Below are positions 53,001 through 62,000 of a stretch of DNA of 64,000 nt, in pieces. The stretch is from contig CAZGPH010000005.1 in assembly GCA_964527965.1 (NCBI GenBank), positions 16,395 to 80,394 of the forward strand, read 5' to 3'. The DNA is from an uncultured Marinoscillum sp. GTDB taxonomy: Bacteria > Bacteroidota > Bacteroidia > Cytophagales > MED-G16. Position 1 is the first letter of the stretch. The number at the start of each line of letters is the position of its first letter. The position numbers were made by a program, and so were the translations under genes. The notes below the pieces were generated by a model. It searched no databases. It was not told the DNA's origin and was given only the letters and a program-made list of their open reading frames with translations.

Positions 53001-56000
53001 CATTTGTTATGTTTAGAGTGGTGTCTGTCTTTCCTGAGAAGTAGGATGTGTCCTGACCAATTACAAGGGTATCTACCACGCTATTCCAGTTACTTCCGTC
53101 GGCACTGTACTCCCACTGGTAAGTAATTGCTCCATCAGCCGTGAAAGATGCTGTGAAAGACGCATTTTGACCTGCTATTATAGTATCGTTTACTGGAACT
53201 GTATTTGCGACTGCATCAGATCCAAACTCTAGAAGGTCTAAGACCCCGTTCTCATCAATATCATCTTCTGGAGGTTGGTATCCACCATGACCTATCACAG
53301 TACCCACAGAAGTTACTTCAAATGGAGATGTTCCAAGGAATCCGTCGTCGTCTCCATCTTCGTACCCTGCCTCTACAGCGTCGACGCATCCGTCTCCGTC
53401 TGAGTCGTTATCTTTTGAGTTAGGGATTCCGTCTCCGTCTGTGTCTACGTCCTCGCCCTCACTTATGTCTATGATACCGTCATTATCGTCATCAATATCA
53501 ATATTATCTGGTATACCGTCTTCATCCCAATCCTCTGAGTTTATAATCATCACCGGAACAGAATATACCGTGTCACCACAAGCAAACGCTGGAGTTGTGA
53601 GCATGACCCTGAATTTATTGGCAACGTAGTCAGTTATATTGTCAACATTGAGAGTATCAGTAGTCACAGTAGAGAAATCTTCCACATTCGATAGGTCTGT
53701 CCAAGATTCTCCTGTCGTATCCAAAAGAATCTGCCACTGATATCCAATAACTGCATCAGAAGAAGCCTCTACAAAGAACTTCACCTTCTCTTCATAGTAT
53801 ATCTGGTTATTAGGTTGTCTCACAATCTCTACCTGAGACCCAACCTCTTTGTAGTCCATGACTCCGTTTCCGTCTAGGTCTAGGGCAGATGGTGTAGAGT
53901 ACCCTCCCTGGTTAATAACTCTACCCTGGTTATCAACAGATACTGGAGAAGTTCCCAAGTATCCGTCATTATCAGGATCAGTAAATCCAGCTTCAACAGC
54001 ATCAAAACAGCCGTCTCCGTCAGAATCTAGGTCAATGTAATTAGGGAATCCGTCACCATCAATATCGGTAGTGTCCTCGTCAACGTCTAATATACCGTCA
54101 TTATCTGCGTCAAGGTCTAGCTTATCCACATAACCGTCATTATCGTAATCTGGAAGGAATACGTTTAGAGTAGAAATATCAGTCGAAACGATTGGAGCAC
54201 AAGAAAATCCTGAAGTTTGTAACTCTAAGTTAAAGAGGTAACCATTCATTGAGAAAGGAATATTTTCTATTCTTAAGGTGTCAGTGTTCACACCAGACAT
54301 TACAACAGAGGTTCCGAAAGATGCCACTGGGAATGAGTAGAATAAGGTGTCACCATTATCAAGTACCTTATAATCATCTGGGCCTGAGCCAGCAGATAAA
54401 TTAGTAAACTCATTATTTAGACATTCATCACAAGTTGTCCAGTCCTGAGCCCTGAAGTTATTAGATACTTGAGTTGTGTCTTTCTTATATCTCCATCCCT
54501 TATTATATCCATCAGTCTCACTTCCCTCAACCTTGTCTACCTCGACCCATTTTGAAGAAGCATAACCCTCAGGAGCATACTCTAAGGTCACATTATTTTT
54601 TCCAGTTAGTTGGGTATTAAGGTTATTTACCTGGTGGTATTTATAGTTATTTAAGTTAAAATTATTATTTGAACCAGATCCTGCTAAGAAACTAATCGCG
54701 TCACCAGACGTGTATACAATGTAGTAGAATTCTCCCTTGGTAAGAGTCACACATGATGATGTGGTGTTACCCAGTACATACTCTGCATTTCCAAACTTCA
54801 CCTTATAGTCTCTCAGACAGTCTACATCTCTCAGTGCCTTGAACTCAATAAGTTTAGGTCTCTGACTGCTTCTATTTGCCTCCATTACACCAGTGATGAT
54901 AAGAGAAGGAGTATTCTGAAGAGTTCTGAAAGTACTTCCTCCGTCATCACTCTGCTGCCATCTCTGAGTTATCACACTAGGTGAACTTCCAGATCCTACC
55001 ATTATCGTATCATCTAACAATAACACATTAACTGTAGCAGGATTTAAGGTTATATTAACCGTGTCACCTGCCTCAAGGTAATCATTTACCCCGTTATTAT
55101 CCAGGTCGCTAGGGTCTGAGTATCCATCAATTCCACTTGTGACAAGACCATTAACATCAACAAATACATCCTGAGGACCAAGGTAACCATCACCATTTTC
55201 GTCAGTAAATCCGGCCTCTAACACGTCATCACAACCGTCACCGTCTGAGTCTAAGTCTAGACAATTTGGAAGTCCGTCACCGTCTGTGTCTATGTCACAT
55301 CCCTCAAAAAGATCTGGTATACCATCATTATCTGAGTCTAAGTCAACGTAATCTGGGACACCGTCTCCGTCAGTGTCAGACATGGCATCAACCTTAAGGT
55401 TAGCACATACTGAGAACACTGTCGTATCACACTTGAATCCTGGAGTAGTGAGAACTACTCTAAAGTTCTTGTCATTGTAAGATAATGGAGTCCTCAAAAT
55501 CTGTAATGTATCATTTTTAACTCCTTTGAATTCTGAAGGACCAGAGAATCTAAATAGTGGGTAAGCGTCCTGTACTATGTCGTTACCGTTAGCACTGGTT
55601 CCTCCTATCAGACTAAATTCTTTCTTCTTGATATTCCAGTCGTCAGCATTATAAGTGAGAGATGCTCCCCTACCATTTTTTCTGTAAGCCCATCCTTCTT
55701 CTACATCCCATGCTGATCCATCTGCCGAGACTGAGTGGTCACCGTAAACATCAACTTTATCCCACTGGTTACTAGTGTTTTTCTCATATAGTGTGATATT
55801 AAACCTGTTATACCTCACCATATCATAAGTACCGTATACCGACTGAGATTTATAAGCTGTTGAGGCCTCATTGCTAAAGAAGTTAGTCCAACTACTATTA
55901 TAGTATAACATAAAGTACTGACCCTGCTTAAGGTCTGTATTTGATAAAGTATAACCTGGGCTACTACCTGAAGTTCCTGCGCTTGTGGTTATCCCGTAAT

Positions 56001-59000
56001 TACTTAGGTTGTCTATATCTCTAAGAGCGTAAAGCTCAACACCGTAATAAGCTCTATTTTTAGTCTCAAATAATCCTGTAATCATCAGAGCTGGCGACTC
56101 GTTGAGATCTGTCCACGTCTCACAGTCGTCACTTATCTGCCACTGGTAATTTATCATACCATCAGAAGAAGCCTCAACAGTAAGCTCCATATCGCTAAAT
56201 TCAGAGACGTTATTGTTATTATTTGGCTGGACATCGATAACAACCTGAGAACCTGACTCTAGGTAATCTTTTACACCGTTACCATCCAAGTCATCAGGGG
56301 TAGTATATCCAGTTCCAGAAGTGACTCTTCCCTTAGAATCCACAGTTGCTGCCTTATCTTTCTTACCGTCTCCATTAGTGTCTACTGAGTCTCCTAGGAT
56401 TCCGTCTCCGTCAGGATCTAAAAATCCAGCCTCTATAACGTCATCACATCCATCGTCGTCAGAGTCAAGGTCAAATGAGTTAGGGATTCCATCACCGTCT
56501 AAATCGTCAATAAACTCATCTACGTCAAGGATTCCGTCGTTGTCGTCGTCTTCATCGAAAAGGTCTTGGATTCCATCACCATCGTTGTCAGGTAGCGCTA
56601 TAAGTCTCGCGTTCAGCGTAGTATCATTTTCACCACATGAAAATCCTGGAGTGCTTAAGATAGCTCTGAACAGGTTGCTATTCATTGTAGTTGATATCGG
56701 ATCTATTGTAAGAATGGCATTATTAGAACCTGAGAAAGCACCTTCATCTTTTATATCTGCCCAGCTATCTCCGTTGTCTTCACTTACTTGCCACTGATAT
56801 GCTATAGGTGATATCGCAGTTCCCGAGGTAGTAAACGTCTCAGACTTACCATCTGAAGAGACCACATTGGATGGGTTTGTTATCGAAGTTAACGGTCCAC
56901 CAGCTTCCTGGAAGTCGTACACTCCGTTGTCATCACTATCATATCCGTCAGTCACACCATAAGGGTGGCCGTCCACCATACCAATTCCAGCAATAATTTC
57001 AGGGTCACCAGTTCCTGGCCTACCGTCTCCGTCAGGGTCATCGTACCCGGCCTCCACTACATCGTAACAACCGTCACCATCTGAGTCAAGGTCTAGGTAG
57101 TCAGGGGTTCCGTCTCCGTCTGTGTCAAGGTTATCTGGAGCTTTCTCCTCCGTGTTAAGGATACCGTCGTTATCTGAGTCAAGATCAAATGCATTGTCTA
57201 TCCCATCACCATCAGAGTCGTCTTTTGCAGTAAGTTTTCCAGCGTTAGAGTACACAGGGTCTGCACATACTAGTGCAGGAGTCACTACCTTTATCCTGTA
57301 GTAGTACCCGTCAATATCCTCTGTAACAGCGGTTAAACTCAGTGTGTTAGTATTTACTCCAGAGTAATACGTTCCGTCCTCAAGATCTGTCCACGTGAGA
57401 GTGTCGTCATCACTAAATTGCCACTGGTATGTGATAGAGGCGTCTCCAGTGACAGTAACACTAAACTGTCCGTCGTCACCACCTTGTCTCACAATATCAA
57501 TAGGATGAGATGTTATCTCAGCCTGAGAACTCACCTGTAAGAAGTCTTTGGTGCCGTCTGAATCCGTGTCTAGCGGTGTGTCGTACTCGTGTCCTTCAAC
57601 TTTTCCTGACGCGTCAACACTTGGTGTTCCAGATCCTATTACACCGTCTTGGTCTCCGTCCTCAAAACCTGCTTCAAGTACGTCAAGACACCCGTCTCCG
57701 TCGGAATCGTCATCGATTCTGTTAGGGACTCCGTCTCCGTCAGTGTCGAGATCCTCACCCCCCTCGTCCACGTCAAGGATACCGTCGTTATCATCGTCAG
57801 CATCTTCTCTGTCCGGGACACCGTCCTCGTCAGTATCATAAGGAATTATAGATATTGTTGCAACGCAAGACGTATCACCCTCACCACAAGAGAATGCTGG
57901 AGTAGATACCTTAACCCTCACCTGTGCACCGTGGTACTCGTCGTAAGATAAATTCTTTAGTGTAAGAGAAGCCGTTGTTGAACCATTCTCAGACTGCGTT
58001 GTGCTGTACGCGTTAAGAGCATACGGTGTGGAAGAAGCTGAGTTTGTGCTAGCTGTACCGAAACAGTCATTACAAGCAGTCCAGTCACCAATTTTAAATG
58101 ATTTGGAAGATAACTTATTATTTTTTCTCTTTAGCCAGCCCCTGCTATACTCCCAGTCTTTTCCTGTCCCGTCTTCACCCCTAACACCAACAACATCGAC
58201 TACGTCAGTGTTTCCATTCCATCCAGTGTTTCCGTCGGCATCTCTGTGAACTATCTCGAACACGTCATTTCCACCCTGCATATTTTGACTTAACGTATTA
58301 CCTACATCAAAAACTTTGGCGTATCCTGAGGCTGTGGTAGGGTACGTGTTATCAAAGAAGTAGTAGAATTGCCAGTAGTCGTAGTATAACAATATCTTCT
58401 GTCCCTTTTTGACAGAACCTGATAATGAGTTGTAGTTATAACCTGATGATGTATTTCCGTTTTGGTAGCCATAAATCCTATATCTCGACAAATCTTCTAT
58501 ATCCGTAGTAGCCACTAACTCAATAAACTTAGGTGTTCCTGTGTAACTACTTGATCTGTAAGAATAGCCTAAGCCTACAAACATTAGTCCTGACTCAGAG
58601 ATGTCTTTCCATGTCTTACCAGTATCTTTTGTTATCTCCCACTGGTAGTCAACATTTCCAGCCTCGACTGTTGCAAGCGCATTAAATACACCATTTCCAC
58701 CTTCGGCAACAGTAACTGCGTCTGGACACTCTAGAGCAGTAATTGGCGCTCCCTCTTCTAAGAAGTCATAAATTCCGTTATTATCAAGGTCATTTGGCAC
58801 TCCGTACCCACCGAAGCTGTTAACTCTACCATTGGCTGAAATTGACAACACACCAAGAGAGTTCAGAGAGTCTATAAACATTGTCACAACCGAATCCGGG
58901 CCTAACAGTCCGTCAGCATTTGCGTCCAAGTACCCTGCCTCTTCGACGTCTAGACATCCGTCACCGTCAGAATCAGGGTCAAATCTATTTGGTATACCGT

Positions 59001-62000
59001 CCTGGTCATTGTCCTGGTCACCTGTTCCCTCGTACGTATCTAAGATACCGTCATTGTCGTCGTCTTGGTCATCGGAATCTCTCACTCCGTCCTTGTCATT
59101 ATCAGGGTAAACTGTAAGAGTAGCCTCTAAATTAAGAGGCGCGACACCACACTTGTAAGATGCAATAGTCAGTACTACCCTGTACCTGTAACCAGAAAGT
59201 TCAGCACTTGGCTGAGTAAGTATTAACTCGTTTGTGTTTGTGCCAGAGTACGGGGCCTGTTCTGGAACATTAAACCATGATGCTCCATCGTCCCTACTCT
59301 CTTGCCACTGGTAGGATATTTGATCCCCAGAAGGTACGGAAGCAGTAATCTTGAAATTACCAGTTCCAGACGAAAGCATCGTAAGATTTGACTGGTTTAG
59401 TATTGCGTTGAGAACATTCTGTCCAAATTGCAGGAAGTCTTTTGATCCGTTACCGTCTTGGTCAACAGGCGTAGTGTAACCATCTCCAGCCTGACCTGAT
59501 GTGATCCTACCAAGAGAATCAACAGTGTAAGGGAGGTCATCACCTAAGATACCGTCGTCGTTAGTGTCTATAATTTTATCAGTAAACCCAGCCTCTGTGA
59601 CGTCTAAACATCCGTCTCCATCCGAATCCAGATCAAATCTGTTCCTTATACCGTCTCCGTCAAGGTCTCCCTCACCCTCGTCAGTGTCAAGGATACCGTC
59701 GTTATCGTCGTCAAGGTCTACATTATTTAAAATTCCGTCATTATCATTGTCTACATCGACATCCAACCTTGCAGGAGGAGTATATGTCGTGTCATGACAT
59801 GCGTACCCAGGAGTAGTTATCCTTAGCCTGTACCTCCACTCGTCCATTCCCTGAGTGACATCGTAAATATTCAGAGTACTTTCATATACACCACCATAGG
59901 AAGCAGATCCTGTGTTAACACAAATTCCTTCAAAATTTATACCTATTCCTCTGCTGTCTGGGTCTAGTATTCCAGACACGTCTGAGTACTTAATAGTAAC
60001 TGTCGAGACGCCGTCAGGGAAGGTTAGCCTTGCTGTTCCCTTATTATCGGCAGCAGACTCGCTATTATCTTTAGCAGTAAGTGTGTTTCCACTTATTGAG
60101 AATGTAGGGTTAGCATTTAGTGAGTCGGCAGTAGGATTACCCACATCAGAGGTAACTACTATCTTATCCTTCCACCCTGCTGTCTTAGAGTCAATATCTG
60201 TAAGTAGAATTCTAAGACCACTCACTGGGTTTGTAAATGTTATAGTCGTTGTAACCTCAGAATTACCAGATCCAGACTTAGGGTCTAGGCTTAGTCCTAA
60301 TGTCTGGACACCACCAAAAGCAGAATTCTCAATTTTTGGGTATCCAGTATCCCACACCACATCAGTGTTTTCAGTAATTTTTATAGTAGCATCGGTACTA
60401 GTACCTTGCATAATGTCTTTGAATGTACCTTCTAAGTTACCACCAGTCCATGTCCACGGTCCATTACCCCAGTCCGATGTGGTACACACGTCAGTGGCAC
60501 CTGTAGAACCTGTTCCGTTATCCCCAGCATCAATATCTGTCCAGGTATTTGCATTATCTTTTGACACCTGCCAGTGAAGTTTAGTAGCTCCAGAAGCATT
60601 ATAGTTGACATTAAAAGTGGCCGTGTCACTACCTTCAGAAAGGAAGTAATTACTATAATTTACTATAGTTACTGTACTACCTACTTCTAAGTAGTCAGCA
60701 GTTCCGTTACCGTCCTCGTCCAGAGGGGTATCGAAATTGTGGTCTTTAACTCCACCATCAGATTCTACTTCTGGGGTTCCTGTTCCCAAAATCCCATCTC
60801 CGTCAGGATCAGTGAAACCTGCCTCGACAACGTCAAGACACCCGTCACCGTCAGAATCTAAGTCAAACTTGTCTACAATTCCGTCACCGTCAGTATCCGT
60901 GTCTTCACCCTCGACTGAGTCTAAGATTCCGTCGTTATCATCGTCAATATCTGTGTCATCAGGTATTCCGTCTCTGTCATTATCTCCAACCACTGTTATT
61001 GTAACTGCACAGGTAGTGTCATTATCTCCACAAACGTAACTTGGAGTACTTCCTATTGCCCTGAACTGGTATCCGTTAGCAGAAGCTGGTACATTAGTTA
61101 CCACTAAGGAGTCTCCCTTTGAGAAATCGTAATCAATTACAGAAGTAGTAAATGTCTTGACCGGGAATGGTGTCGTGGCTCCTGCGTTAGTAGAAGACTC
61201 AAGGCAGTCCTTACACTGCGTCCAGTCGCTGTCGCTATAGTTAGGTGTTGGCTTAGAACCTTGCTTCCTATATAACCACCCGTCATCATAATTTAATACT
61301 GTCGAAGCTGTTCCATTTCCTACCCTGTCAACGTAAGTCCAAGTGTTATTTATATTCTTCTCTAGGGCGTAGGAATCATTACCATCCCTCATAGTAGTAT
61401 AAAAATAGTCTTCGTATACGGTGTGGTCATATAAGTTATCAATATCAGAACCGAAGAATGTATTTGCGGTAGACTTATCAGATGGGTAGTAGATGAGTAG
61501 GTACTCGCCCTTCTTCATCTGGATATTTTGTTGGTACATAACCCAAGAGTAATTATATGTGTTACCGTTTGTAATATTATCCCTCATCCTGTAATTTCTA
61601 AGGTCTGCATCTTTTAAGGCATATATCTCAATGAACTTAGGGTACCCGTCATTACTAGTTGAAGTCTTTCCATATCCTATCCCTGATATAATAATCTCTG
61701 ATGATGATTCGTCATTGACGTCTGACCAGGTCTTACCGGTATCAGCACTTACCTGCCACTCGTAGTTTACAGAGGTCTCTCCCTGCCCACTCGCGATAGT
61801 TATAATTTCTACGTTAGAACCCTCTGTCGCTGTGATGTCGTCAGGACAGCTCATGCTCGTGATAGCAGCTCCAGCCTCCTGGAAGTCTTTTACTCCGTTG
61901 CCGTCCTGGTCAAGTCCGGTGGTTCCAGAAGCTCCAGAGACACTTCCGTTAGAGTTTATGGTAGGGTTTGCGTCTCCATACACTCCGTCATTATTAGGGT

